From positions 65,834 through 129,833 of the forward strand of contig JAWADY010000003.1 of NCBI GenBank assembly GCA_038891615.1: 64,000 nt of DNA, given 5' to 3'. A program made the position numbers and the translations under genes. This stretch comes from Candidatus Woesearchaeota archaeon (GTDB lineage: Archaea > Nanobdellota > Nanobdellia > Woesearchaeales > ARS49). The notes beneath the pieces are model-generated. The model was not told where the DNA came from. It searched no databases and saw only the letters and a program-made list of their open reading frames with translations. This document shows, in pieces, positions 49,047-58,013 of this stretch. The stretch's first letter is position 1. Each line of letters begins with the position of its first letter.

Positions 49047-50993
49047 CTAAGTTAGTTCTGCAAGTTTCAGGTTTGTCCTGAGTTCGGATAGCTCATAGTC
49101 CAGCCTCTTTCTTTGGATTCCTTTGGTAGCAGCTTGAATCAGTTCAAGTTTCTCTATGTTTTTTGAAGCACTTTCAAAGTCCTTTGTCGAGATTAGGTCG
49201 CGAGTTTCTTCGACAAGCCTTGTTATCTCTTCCTCACTCACTGCTGGTGGCAGTGCACCGATTGCAACAGCTGCTTCCATCGCCTTTAACTCAGGCCTTT
49301 TGCCTAAAGCCTTGAGCAGCCTTTTTTCTTTCAAAATTTCACGCTGAAGTTCGTCACGTTCAGCTTTTAGCTTTGAGATATCTTGCTTTAGGGCTTTTAT
49401 CGCAGCTAGGCGCTCCTGTTGGGCTTCAACCTTCTTTTTCAGAACTTCCGCTTTTTTGACAGTTGAGGCTGCAAAGCCTTCCATTCTTTTTACCTCTTTT
49501 TCCCGTTCTGCAAGCTTTTTCTCCTCTTTTTTGAAAATCTCTGTTGCGTGCTCAAGCTCTTTTACCTTTTTGGCAAGCTCATCTTCTTGTTTTTTTAGTT
49601 TCGCTCGATCAGATTCAAGCTTTCTGATGGATGTGAGAAGTTCATCTTCTTTTTGTGAGAGTATGGCAGCATCTTGCTCGATGATTGCAAGAACTTTTTC
49701 TTTTTCGCGTCTTGCTTCTGAACGCAGCTTGCTAATCTCTGCCTTTCGCTCTTCCCAGGAGCTCAGCAGTTCTGCTAGCTCATTCTTCTTTAACTGGAAT
49801 TCATTATAAAATGCTTCCTTTTCCTTAAGCAATGTTTCTTCGGCCTGCTTTAACTGCTCTTCTCGGAGGGCAGCATCCAGTTGTCTATGTACTATTTCCT
49901 TTTCTTTTTCATTCAAGCTCTTTTCCTTATCTTCAAGCTTAGCCTTTAGTCCTAGCAGCTCGGCTTCCTTCTCATCAAGCTGTTTCCGTGCTTTTGCAAG
50001 TTCAGCTTCTCTTGAAAGAATTTCCTGCTGTAGCGAATTGAGGTGTGCAAGCTTTGTCTCCACTTCTGCTATCTTAGCAGCACTTTCCTTTTCAAGCTCA
50101 TGCCTGCGCCTTTTCAGTTCAGCTGTTAAACTCCTTTGCCTTTCTGCAAACAGCCTTCTCTTTTCTTCAAGTGCTTTTTCTGCTGCAGCTTTTTCAGCAG
50201 CCAGCGCTTGCCTTTTTAACTCAAGTCTTTGCAACATCCGCTTTTCTTTTTTCTCTAGCTCTTCAATTGCAATTTTTCTTTCTGCGGCAAAGGCATGCTT
50301 TTTTAGGTCTAGTCTTTTGAGTGTTTCTTTTTCTTTTTTTGCCAGTTCCTCTTCAAACGCCTTTCTTTCTGCGGCAAGTTTTTCTTCAAACGCTTTTCTT
50401 TCTACAGCAAATGCCTGCCTTTCTAGGTCTAGTCTTTTGAGTGTTTCTTTTTCTTTTTTTGCCAGCTCTTCTTCAAACGCCTTTCTTTTTGCGGCAAGTT
50501 GTTCTTCGAGCTCCTTTTCTTTTACAATAACCTCTTTTTCGAGCTTTCTTTTGCGCCTTTCTATTTCAGCAGTAAGCAAGCTCACAAGGCGTTTCTTCCT
50601 TAGAATGCTCTCCTCCAACTCTTTGTTCTTTTTCGAAAGAAATTCAGCATCTTTTATCGCAGCACTCAACCGCTTTTCTGCTTCTGATTTTAGCTGTTCT
50701 GCATCCTTGAATAATTGCTCTTTTTTTGCAAGTTCTTTTGCTTTTTGACTGATTGCCTGCTCAAGACGTTCAAGCTTGGTTGACCATTCCTTTAGCCTTT
50801 TAGCCTCTTCTTTGAGCTCCTTTTCCTTTTTTTCTAACTGAATTTCTTTGTGGGAAAAAAGTTCGCTCAGTTGCCTTTCCTTTTTTGAAAGCTCAGCATC
50901 CCGTTCTGCAAGAACTCGCGCCTTTGCTCTTAACTCCTCATTTGTCAGTGCTAAAAGATTCAGAGATTTTGGACGAGAGATTTTTATAACCAT
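49047..50993 (-). CDS. Large coiled-coil protein (648 aa, E/K/L-rich) with an internal tandem repeat.
   Basis: Continuous heptad-like EK-rich sequence. No ATPase motifs. Contains a duplicated 40-aa unit. Confidence 0.55.
   Translation of the reverse strand: MVIKISRPKSLNLLALTNEELRAKARVLAERDAELSKKERQLSELFSHKEIQLEKKEKELKEEAKRLKEWSTKLERLEQAISQKAKELAKKEQLFKDAEQLKSEAEKRLSAAIKDAEFLSKKNKELEESILRKKRLVSLLTAEIERRKRKLEKEVIVKEKELEEQLAAKRKAFEEELAKKEKETLKRLDLERQAFAVERKAFEEKLAAERKAFEEELAKKEKETLKRLDLKKHAFAAERKIAIEELEKKEKRMLQRLELKRQALAAEKAAAEKALEEKRRLFAERQRSLTAELKRRRHELEKESAAKIAEVETKLAHLNSLQQEILSREAELAKARKQLDEKEAELLGLKAKLEDKEKSLNEKEKEIVHRQLDAALREEQLKQAEETLLKEKEAFYNEFQLKKNELAELLSSWEERKAEISKLRSEARREKEKVLAIIEQDAAILSQKEDELLTSIRKLESDRAKLKKQEDELAKKVKELEHATEIFKKEEKKLAEREKEVKRMEGFAASTVKKAEVLKKKVEAQQERLAAIKALKQDISKLKAERDELQREILKEKRLLKALGKRPELKAMEAAVAIGALPPAVSEEEITRLVEETRDLISTKDFESASKNIEKLELIQAATKGIQRKRLDYELSELRTNLKLAELT
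50300..50508. repeat. Intragenic tandem repeat, two roughly 120-bp units (about 95 bp near-identical).
   Basis: GGTCTAGTCTTTTGAGTGTTTCTTTTTCTTTTTTTGCCAG...TCTTCAAACGCCTTTCT occurs at about 50306 and again at about 50426. It is coding (KETLKRLDL...AFEE units), not CRISPR. Confidence 0.6.
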
Positions 50994-51094
50994 TTTCTAG
51001 CAGTAGCCAAAACAATTTATATAACTTTGTTATTCCTCTAAAATGAGGAAATCAAGACGCAAGCTTTTTAAACACAACCGTGGGAAAGCCTTCC

Positions 51095-51259
51095 ATGGCA
51101 TTAACTTGTGTCTCTTGCAAATCTCCAATCGTGAATCAAACAGGCTCTGTTAGGTTTCTTTGTCCAGCCTGTGGCAAGTACGAGATAATCCGCTGCCGGC
51201 ACTGCAGAGTGCTTGGGGCAAAATACGGCTGTGTTTGCGGCTTTGAGGGTCCTAATTAG
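51095..51259 (+). CDS. Zn-ribbon protein of the COG2888 type (54 aa). It is absent from the ORF track.
   Basis: MALTCVSCKSPIVNQTGSVRFLCPACGKYEIIRCRHCRVLGAKYGCVCGFEGPN. Paired CxxC motifs. Lies immediately upstream of aEF-1beta. Confidence 0.55.
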   Translation: MALTCVSCKSPIVNQTGSVRFLCPACGKYEIIRCRHCRVLGAKYGCVCGFEGPN

Positions 51260-51265
51260 GAAATC

Positions 51266-51541
51266 ATGGGAAGGGTTATAATAACTCTAAAAATAATGCC
51301 ATCCGACCTTTCTGTCAACCTTGATGAGGTCTCGGCGCAAGCAGAAAGGATGATAAGTGAATTTGGAGGAGCCGTTGGTAAGCGCGAGATTGAACCCGTT
51401 GCTTTTGGTCTTAAAGCCATAAAAATTATTTTTATTCTTGATGAGAAAGTTGGTGGGACTGATGTGCTTGAGCAGAAAATAAGCTCAATTCCAGGAGTAG
51501 AATCTGTTAATGTTGTGGATGTAAGGCGCGCGATTGGATAA
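51266..51541 (+). CDS. ef1b: Elongation factor 1-beta (aEF-1beta).
   Basis: 91 aa. MGRVIITLKIMPSDLSVNLDE...GLKAIKI...VESVNVVDVRRA matches archaeal EF-1beta. Confidence 0.85.
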   Translation: MGRVIITLKIMPSDLSVNLDEVSAQAERMISEFGGAVGKREIEPVAFGLKAIKIIFILDEKVGGTDVLEQKISSIPGVESVNVVDVRRAIG

Positions 51542-51547
51542 TGACGG

Positions 51548-52738
51548 TCATAGAGATGCAAGGAGGTTTTTGAGTTTGTCAATTGGAATGTTGCTTCTTA
51601 AGCCATCCGGACTAAAATGACTTCTTGCAACATCAAAACCAGAAAGATATATTTTTTCCATTATACGCTGTTGCTTTGGCACTTTTATTCTCATCTTTGA
51701 GCAAATTTTGTTGATTGAGTAAAAGGTTGGAACAGACAGCTTGGCTTCTCCGGCAATAAGAGCCAAAAGCTTTTGAGTCTGAGCGCTTTCATATGTTGTT
51801 GAAGCCATTTTTTCTGCGAGCGGAGCCTCCCACAATTGACCATCCCACATTGGACCTGCTACTGTCATTTCCTTATGGCAAAACTCACACTTGCCGATAT
51901 TCTCATCAGCCATTTTTCTGTTCATGCAGCCCTCACAGTAGAGAAGCAGCTTATGGTTTTTAAGGCTCTTGTCCACCAATCTCTTGCCTTTTGATGCTTT
52001 GAGATAAAGCCTCAAATAATGTGCCGTTGAATGACAGAATATGGGAACAAGAGCCTTTTCATATTGTGCTCCAATTAATTGTGCCTTTCTTGCCAAAATC
52101 CTCAAGCCAACCTCGTGCATGAGCTCGTTGTGTAATGGCTTTGCCCAATATTTTCTAATACAAGCTGTGAAGGCTGTTCCTGCAAGAGCTGCAACATCAG
52201 TGGCGGTAATGGCGAGGATGCCATTTCTAGATAGCTTCTTTATTGCAGCATCGAGAAATGGGTTCGGGCTTCCAAAGGGATCTATATCTATGTAATCAAA
52301 GCCATCGCCTTCAAGCAAAAAGGCGCTTGCATCCATTGAGGTAAAGCTAACCAAAGACTTTGGAATTTTATTTAGACTAAAATTCCTTTTTGCTAGTTCT
52401 GTTGCTTTTTTGTTTGCGTCGTTTACTGCAATGTGCAACACTGAGCCTTCAAGCTCAAGAGCAAAGCGAACAGCCCTAACGCCTGTTCCTGCAAGCGGGT
52501 CCGCGATTTTCAGTTTTTTTCTGCCTAATGCCCTCACCAAAGCAATTGCAACATCCCTATTCAAGGACATTACAGGGTTGTAAAAGACCTCGAGCTTGCG
52601 TCTTGGCACAAGCTGTAAGGCTTCTTTTGGCACAAGAATACGAGCTTTTCCTTCATACGCTATAACAAATCTACTTTGTGGCATGCCTTTTTGCGTGTTT
52701 TGCAGCGCAGCTCTCGCTGCAGAAGAAGTAAAGCTCAC
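51548..52738 (-). CDS. trm1: tRNA (guanine26-N2)-dimethyltransferase Trm1.
   Basis: EGKARILVP...FYNPVMSLNRD and SAM-binding motifs. The true start is possibly Met19 (52684). Confidence 0.8.
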   Translation of the reverse strand: MSFTSSAARAALQNTQKGMPQSRFVIAYEGKARILVPKEALQLVPRRKLEVFYNPVMSLNRDVAIALVRALGRKKLKIADPLAGTGVRAVRFALELEGSVLHIAVNDANKKATELAKRNFSLNKIPKSLVSFTSMDASAFLLEGDGFDYIDIDPFGSPNPFLDAAIKKLSRNGILAITATDVAALAGTAFTACIRKYWAKPLHNELMHEVGLRILARKAQLIGAQYEKALVPIFCHSTAHYLRLYLKASKGKRLVDKSLKNHKLLLYCEGCMNRKMADENIGKCEFCHKEMTVAGPMWDGQLWEAPLAEKMASTTYESAQTQKLLALIAGEAKLSVPTFYSINKICSKMRIKVPKQQRIMEKIYLSGFDVARSHFSPDGLRSNIPIDKLKNLLASL

Positions 52739-53072
52739 CTTCTATTTCTCGTTCAACAACCTCTCCCCGTTGGCCAAGGGGTTTTCCACAGTGTTCGCAA
52801 ACACCGCTATGCCCTCTCCCAGATGCGCCTTCTGCAAAAGCCTCCTCAAATTCAGAGATTTCTTCACCTTCAATCAGCTCTTCTCTCCCTTCTTCTGTGT
52901 AAACATCAGGCTGTCTCTCTCCTACATGCATTTCAATTTCAAGCTCTTCTGGGCTCTCTTCGTGCTCTTCCGGCTCATCGAGCAATGCCTCATGAGAATG
53001 ACTTTTCCCAGTCTCAATCCCTTCTTTTTGTAGACTGCCCTCAAAAATGGATTTTTTCTTTCGTGCAGGCAT
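52671..53072 (-). CDS. Acidic protein with a C-terminal TRASH-like Cys motif (tentative).
   Basis: Start at MPARKKK. Highly acidic middle. C-terminal CEHCGKPL...FFCSESCAAKH. Overlaps the Trm1 5' end in another frame. Confidence 0.35.
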   Translation of the reverse strand: MPARKKKSIFEGSLQKEGIETGKSHSHEALLDEPEEHEESPEELEIEMHVGERQPDVYTEEGREELIEGEEISEFEEAFAEGASGRGHSGVCEHCGKPLGQRGEVVEREIEGELYFFCSESCAAKHAKRHATK

Positions 53073-53107
53073 GGTTAGGCAATCTATGATTACCTTTATA
53101 AATCTTG

Positions 53108-55027
53108 TCACATTTCAACGCGAAATTTTGAATTGAAGCTTTGCTGTTTAAAGAAGGCTTCAATCTCTTTTTCAACATCATTAATATCTTTCACTTCATT
53201 CACCAACCAGTCTTTTGGTAGATATCTGCCATACCTATCATTTCCCCACCGCTCATCTAAGAATATGTGTACAGCATAATCACTCTCACTCCGAATACAC
53301 CTTCCTACATTCTGCATACTCTTAGTGATTGCTGGGATGATGTATCCATATTCATTTCCTTTTTGTAGACTCTTAAATTTTTCTTTATAATATTTAATCA
53401 GCTCATTTGTTTTAAGAGAAGGTTTTGCAAGGGGTATGCCAACAACAATGGCGCCCTTAAGAGTGCTTGGGAGATCTATTCCCTCGCCAAAGCTTCCAGC
53501 AGAATTTGCCAAAAGAATGCCATTGTCATTTCTCACTAGTTCGTCGAGAATTTTTTCTTTTTTTTCGTAGGGCATGTTTTGTGATTCAACAAATAGTATT
53601 TTATCATCAATCTTTTTCTCAAGCAAGCTCTTGACCTGGTTCATGACCTCATAGCTTGGGAAAAAAAGGGCAGTATTGCCTGGAATAGCATTGATTATTC
53701 TTTTACAGATTTCTGCAATTGCTTCATATTGCTCATTGTTTCGCTTCTCATAATTTGTGCTGGTTTTCAGAAGAGCAATGTACCTTCTCTTTTCGGGTGG
53801 GAAGCTGCTTGGGAATTCGCAAAGCTGAGTGTCTTCAGGAAATCCGAAGATTTCCTTGTACATGTATGTTGGCAACAATGTTCCTGACATGAGAATTGTC
53901 GAATGGGTTTGTGAAATTATTTCTTTCGTTATTAAACTCGGGTCTAGGCAGCCATACTCAAGTTCAAAATGAGTTTCTTTTCTAGCTGGTAATTTTGATA
54001 GAATGCGATAGTGTCCTTCATCCGGCCCACGCCACGCTTCGAGGAATCTTCCAACTGCACCAATTGCACTTGTTCTTTTTTTCTTGCGAACATGCTCTCC
54101 TATCGATTGCAGATAAATGCATATATTATCATAGCTCATATTGCCATAGCTTCCTCCCCCTACCAAGTTAACAAACTGTTCTTTTGGTACAATGCTCTCA
54201 GGCTCGTCTCCTTTGGCAAGCTGCTTAATGGCCTCGCTTATTTTATTTATGTAGGGAAGTGCATCGTTAAAGCTTTCTTCTGCTTCATTTGCAGCCCTTT
54301 TAAGGATTGTTGAAGAAAGGACATTCCTGGAGAGTGTCCTGACCCTTTCTGCAAGATTGTGGCCCTCGTCAATAACAAGCAGTATGTCTTCAAGTTTTTT
54401 TCCAGTTTTACTTGTGAAAGCCTCTCTTATCGGTTTGTTGAATATGTAATAATAATCTGCTACTATTACCAAAGATTTTGATGCAAGCTCCATTGCAATC
54501 TCATAAGGACAACTTTCAATTGCTTTTCCTTCTTCAACTATCTCCTGAGCATTGCTTGGAGAAGCCAAAAGTCTTTTTAGAAGAATGTCCTGTTTTGGAG
54601 AGCCATCTTTTGCATTTTTATAGAACATACAGGCATCTTCATTTATTAAAGAACTGCAGAACTCGTAAAACTCTGTAGTTGAGAGTTTTTCTACATCTTG
54701 CAAACACATTGTCATTTTACCTCTCAATGGCGCGACTGAAAAAGCTCTTCCAAATTTTTTGTTTATTTCTTCAACCGTTCGCAAAACAATTTCTTGCTGG
54801 GTGTGCCTCGAAGTAAGAAAGACGATTGTCTTGTTGTTCTCAAGAGCATACCTCAAGCCAGGTGCAAGCACACAAATTGTTTTTCCCAAACCTGTCGGCG
54901 CATGAACAATGAGTTTACCTTTTTTTGTGAAAGCATTGTACACAGCGTCCATAAATTCTTCTTGGTTAAGCCGTTTTTTTTCATAAGGAAAAAAATACTT
55001 TTCCATTTTAGTCATCAAGCAGCTCAT
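53108..55027 (-). CDS. XPD/Rad3-family (DinG-like) SF2 DNA helicase.
   Basis: Walker A HAPTGLGKT, DEGH box (VIDEGHNL) and an inserted Cys cluster (C...C...C...C) between motifs I and II, consistent with an FeS domain. Confidence 0.7.
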   Translation of the reverse strand: MSCLMTKMEKYFFPYEKKRLNQEEFMDAVYNAFTKKGKLIVHAPTGLGKTICVLAPGLRYALENNKTIVFLTSRHTQQEIVLRTVEEINKKFGRAFSVAPLRGKMTMCLQDVEKLSTTEFYEFCSSLINEDACMFYKNAKDGSPKQDILLKRLLASPSNAQEIVEEGKAIESCPYEIAMELASKSLVIVADYYYIFNKPIREAFTSKTGKKLEDILLVIDEGHNLAERVRTLSRNVLSSTILKRAANEAEESFNDALPYINKISEAIKQLAKGDEPESIVPKEQFVNLVGGGSYGNMSYDNICIYLQSIGEHVRKKKRTSAIGAVGRFLEAWRGPDEGHYRILSKLPARKETHFELEYGCLDPSLITKEIISQTHSTILMSGTLLPTYMYKEIFGFPEDTQLCEFPSSFPPEKRRYIALLKTSTNYEKRNNEQYEAIAEICKRIINAIPGNTALFFPSYEVMNQVKSLLEKKIDDKILFVESQNMPYEKKEKILDELVRNDNGILLANSAGSFGEGIDLPSTLKGAIVVGIPLAKPSLKTNELIKYYKEKFKSLQKGNEYGYIIPAITKSMQNVGRCIRSESDYAVHIFLDERWGNDRYGRYLPKDWLVNEVKDINDVEKEIEAFFKQQSFNSKFRVEM

Positions 55028-55239
55028 CTACCTTTTGAACATGCATTTTGAATTGCCAAACTTTATAAAATCTCGCTTTTTATTAGTTGTGCCAAAAGGA
55101 AACATATTCAACAAATGTCAAGCACACTCTCATTAAGATAACAAAGTAGAAATTGAGAATTCCTCTTGAACTACCAATAACGAAAGTTTTAAATATCTCT
55201 CACAACATATGGGTTGAAAGACAATAATGGGGTGGTTGT

Positions 55240-55512
55240 GTGAAAACAAAAGATATTTTTAAGGTTTTTTTGCGCGAAAAACCCGTGATGATGCTCGTTC
55301 ACCTAAAAAATGCAAAGTCAGAAATTTATGCTTCCTCTCTTGCAAAACAAATAGATTGCACATATTCGCATGTAGTAAAGATTCTGCAGCAGATGGAAAA
55401 AGATAATTTGGTTAATTGTGAAAAGCAAGGAAGGCTAAAGTTACTTACTCTAACAAAAAAAGGTGTTGAGCTCGCTAATTACATAGACAATATTCGTGCT
55501 CTTCTTGTTTGA
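55240..55512 (+). CDS. Small winged-helix transcriptional regulator.
   Basis: 90 aa. SSLAKQIDCTYSHVVKILQQMEKDNLV matches the HTH recognition-helix pattern. Confidence 0.45.
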   Translation: MKTKDIFKVFLREKPVMMLVHLKNAKSEIYASSLAKQIDCTYSHVVKILQQMEKDNLVNCEKQGRLKLLTLTKKGVELANYIDNIRALLV

Positions 55513-55514
55513 CC

Positions 55515-55970
55515 CTATTCTGCAAGAAGCGCTATACGCTCCGCGTCATACTTCCAGTCTGAAGGAAGCTTTCCAATTCTTTTGTAATACTTTGCAAGGC
55601 GGAAAATTTTGGATTCTGTCAGCATCAAACCGCGCTTCGCATGCATGTCATGCTTGTGCTTTTCCAGATGTTTTTTCACCAGAACAGCTTTTTTCATAAG
55701 CGCTACAAGGTCGTCTGGAATCTGTGGCGCAAAACCTTTCTCTTTCAAGAACTCTCCAATCCTCTTACCAGTTACTGCCTTAAAGTCAGGAATTCCATAG
55801 CTGTCCCGCAAAATAAGTCCAATTCTTGAAGCATTATTCCCTTCCTTTGCTAGTTTTGCGGCTATCAGCTCGACTTCTGCAGGCTTAAACCTTAGCCAAA
55901 CTGGTTTTGTCCTTTTGCCAGGTTTTCTTGAGCCCGATCTACCGTGGGCCCTTGAATGCATCTTTGCCAT
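55515..55970 (-). CDS. rps15: 30S ribosomal protein S15 (uS15, S13e type).
   Basis: MAKMHSRAHGRSGSRKP... N-terminus. 151 aa, the archaeal uS15 length. Confidence 0.85.
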   Translation of the reverse strand: MAKMHSRAHGRSGSRKPGKRTKPVWLRFKPAEVELIAAKLAKEGNNASRIGLILRDSYGIPDFKAVTGKRIGEFLKEKGFAPQIPDDLVALMKKAVLVKKHLEKHKHDMHAKRGLMLTESKIFRLAKYYKRIGKLPSDWKYDAERIALLAE

Positions 55971-56157
55971 TCATACTTCTCCTTTTGCAACTCATAAAAT
56001 GTTTATGTGTTTGATTCGAGAAGATGAGAATGTCCTCTCCAGCATGGTCAAGTGACCACCTGACCATCTCTCGAATTTAAAATTATTCTTTGCTCCTATT
56101 TATAAATCTTACGAACGGATTTGTTTGGCGCTTATTTGTCCCACCAAAGCGCACTGG

Positions 56158-56616
56158 CTAAAAGAGAAACGGCGTTAGCTTGAGCAGAAGCAAACCAATA
56201 ACTGCCCCATACGCCCAACCAACTATTATATCAGACCAGTAATGTTTGCGCAACCAAATCCTTGTCACTCCAACAGCTATTACTCCTCCTGCTATCAACA
56301 AATTTGCAAGAATGTTTTGCAGCAGGGCAGCAACCAAAATTCCAAGGACAACTGAACGAGCAGAGTGCACAGAAGGGAACGATGCCGCGTCAATCCTCTC
56401 AAACAAGTTTGTGTAGACCCTTTTTTCTGGCCTTTTTCTAAACCAAAAGGTGCTTGTTATAGCCTTGGCTGCATAAACAGCCACAAGTCCAAGCAGTAGT
56501 TGTGAAAAAACAATCCACTTCCCTGCAACCGCAAACAGCGCAGTAATCATTAAATAAATCGGTAGTCCTCCAAGTGCCGTTGTGTCGCTAATTAATTCTT
56601 CAAGCCATTGCTTCAT
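56158..56616 (-). CDS. PAP2-family membrane phosphatase.
   Basis: SFPSVHS and RIWLRKHYWSDIIVG resemble the PAP2 PSGH and SRxxxxxHxxxD motifs. Start set at the ATG at 56616, because the track TTG at 56649 overlaps the tRNA. Confidence 0.5.
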   Translation of the reverse strand: MKQWLEELISDTTALGGLPIYLMITALFAVAGKWIVFSQLLLGLVAVYAAKAITSTFWFRKRPEKRVYTNLFERIDAASFPSVHSARSVVLGILVAALLQNILANLLIAGGVIAVGVTRIWLRKHYWSDIIVGWAYGAVIGLLLLKLTPFLF

Positions 56617-56619
56617 GTA

Positions 56620-56725
56620 TAGCCCCGGGCAGATTCGAACTGCCGTCAACTGGGCCAGAGCCAGTTATGCTTGACCGTTATGCATGACTGCCAAAAATTG
56701 GCAGTACATTCTACACCACGGGGCT
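56620..56725 (-). tRNA. tRNA-Gln (anticodon CUG) with an intron of about 31 nt in the D-loop.
   Basis: A1-U72 acceptor AGCCCCG/CGGGGCT with A73. Anticodon stem ACTGG/CCAGT with loop CUCUGGC. T-arm GGCAG-TTCGAAT-CTGCC. 106 nt long, with the insertion between D-stem halves GTGT and GCAT. Confidence 0.55.
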
Positions 56726-56772
56726 GTAGAGGTGCTTTTTTGGAAAATTTATAAACGTATCGTTCTCAAGCT

Positions 56773-57834
56773 TTAACCACCTAATTGCTTCTTTTGCACA
56801 AGATTTGAAAGAGATACCCCAATGAGCCTTATCAATTCGTTGCCCTGAAGAAACGGCTCTAGAAGTTTAAGTGCGGTTGCTTTTATGAGTGCTTTTGACT
56901 CGGTTGCTTTGTCAAGAGTCCTTGACGCAGTATGCGTTTCAAACCACGCATAGCGCACCTTTACTGTTATTGTCCTGCACAAAAAGCCAAGCTCAACAAG
57001 CTGTTGATGAACCTCATCAACAATCTGCTCAAGTGCAGGAAGAAGCACCTTTTTGTCATTTGTGTTTTTCTCAAAAGTTAACTGCTTTCCAATAGATTTT
57101 ATTGGATAAAACTCAACAATCTCGCGCTCATCAATTCCACGAGCCATAAGATAAAGGACTTTTCCAAAAACGCCAAAAAGCTCTACAAGCACTTCCAGCG
57201 GGGCTTTTCTAAGCTGTTTTACAGTCTTGTAGCCAAGCTGATGCAGAATCGCCCTTGTTTTAGGACCAACGCCATACAGAACATCAACATCCATATCATC
57301 AATAAACTCAAGAACCCTTGATGGCTGTACAACCGTTAGCCCATCAGGTTTCTTTGAATCAGAAGCTATTTTTGCTATGAGCTTATTTGGCCCGATGCCA
57401 ATAGAGCAGCTAAGCTTTTCTTTCTCAAGAATTTCTTTTTTTATTTTTTTAGCAAGCTCCTCTGCTTTGGAATAGCTCCCAACACTGCTTACATCAAGAT
57501 AAGCCTCGTCAATTGATGTCTGCTCAAACTTATCTGCATATTTTCGAAGGATCTTCATTATCTTTTCAGAAACAGAAACATAAAGCTCCATGCGAACAGG
57601 CAGAAAAACACACTCAGGACACTTTCTCCAGGCAATAGAGATTGGTTGGCCAGAATGTATGCCAAAACTCCTTGCTTCGTAGTTGGCAGTGCTAACAACT
57701 CCTCTTCCTTTGCCACCCTTAGGGTCTGCACCAACAACTACTGGCTTTCCTTTTAGTTCTGGCTGCTCTCGCTCTTCGACAGCAGCATAGAAATAGTCCA
57801 TGTCAACATGCATGATTATTCTTTCTTTTGGCAT
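56773..57834 (-). CDS. dinB: Y-family DNA polymerase IV (Dpo4/DinB).
   Basis: MHVDMDYFYAAVEE...PVVV catalytic N-terminus. Start at Met (57834) to avoid the tRNA overlap. Confidence 0.85.
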   Translation of the reverse strand: MPKERIIMHVDMDYFYAAVEEREQPELKGKPVVVGADPKGGKGRGVVSTANYEARSFGIHSGQPISIAWRKCPECVFLPVRMELYVSVSEKIMKILRKYADKFEQTSIDEAYLDVSSVGSYSKAEELAKKIKKEILEKEKLSCSIGIGPNKLIAKIASDSKKPDGLTVVQPSRVLEFIDDMDVDVLYGVGPKTRAILHQLGYKTVKQLRKAPLEVLVELFGVFGKVLYLMARGIDEREIVEFYPIKSIGKQLTFEKNTNDKKVLLPALEQIVDEVHQQLVELGFLCRTITVKVRYAWFETHTASRTLDKATESKALIKATALKLLEPFLQGNELIRLIGVSLSNLVQKKQLGG

Positions 57835-57839
57835 AAAAA

Positions 57840-57939
57840 TAGCCCCGCCCGGATTCGAACCGAGGTCCGCGGGTCCAAAGCCCGCTATCCTTGACCATTG
57901 TCCACGCAAGCATTTGAGCGCGTTCTAGACGACGGGGCT
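57840..57939 (-). tRNA. tRNA-Gln (anticodon UUG) with an intron of about 27 nt in the D-loop.
   Basis: Same acceptor AGCCCCG/CGGGGCT with A73. Anticodon stem GCGGG/CCCGC with loop CUUUGGA. T-arm CTCGG-TTCGAAT-CCGGG. D-stem GTCT/GGAT. Confidence 0.6.
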
Positions 57940-58013
57940 GTACTAACAGAATCTTTTATGCTTTTAAAACATTTCGTAGCAAAATTTATATATGCCGGGG
58001 TAAAAATTATTGT

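Noticed and set aside
50300-50508. Direct repeats that could be mistaken for a CRISPR-like array.
   Set aside because: There are only two units and they are in-frame coding sequence of the coiled-coil gene. No spacer/repeat periodicity of 25-50 nt.
50038-50748. 236-aa plus-strand ORF rich in Ser/Phe/Ala.
   Set aside because: It is the antisense mirror of the low-complexity E/K-rich coiled-coil gene. Its composition is an artefact of the reverse-complemented GAA/AAG-rich codons.
56617-56649. TTG-initiated N-terminal extension of the PAP2 gene, and the 57835-57909 extension of dinB.
   Set aside because: Both extensions would overlap the tRNA-Gln genes. Internal ATGs give proteins with typical N-termini.
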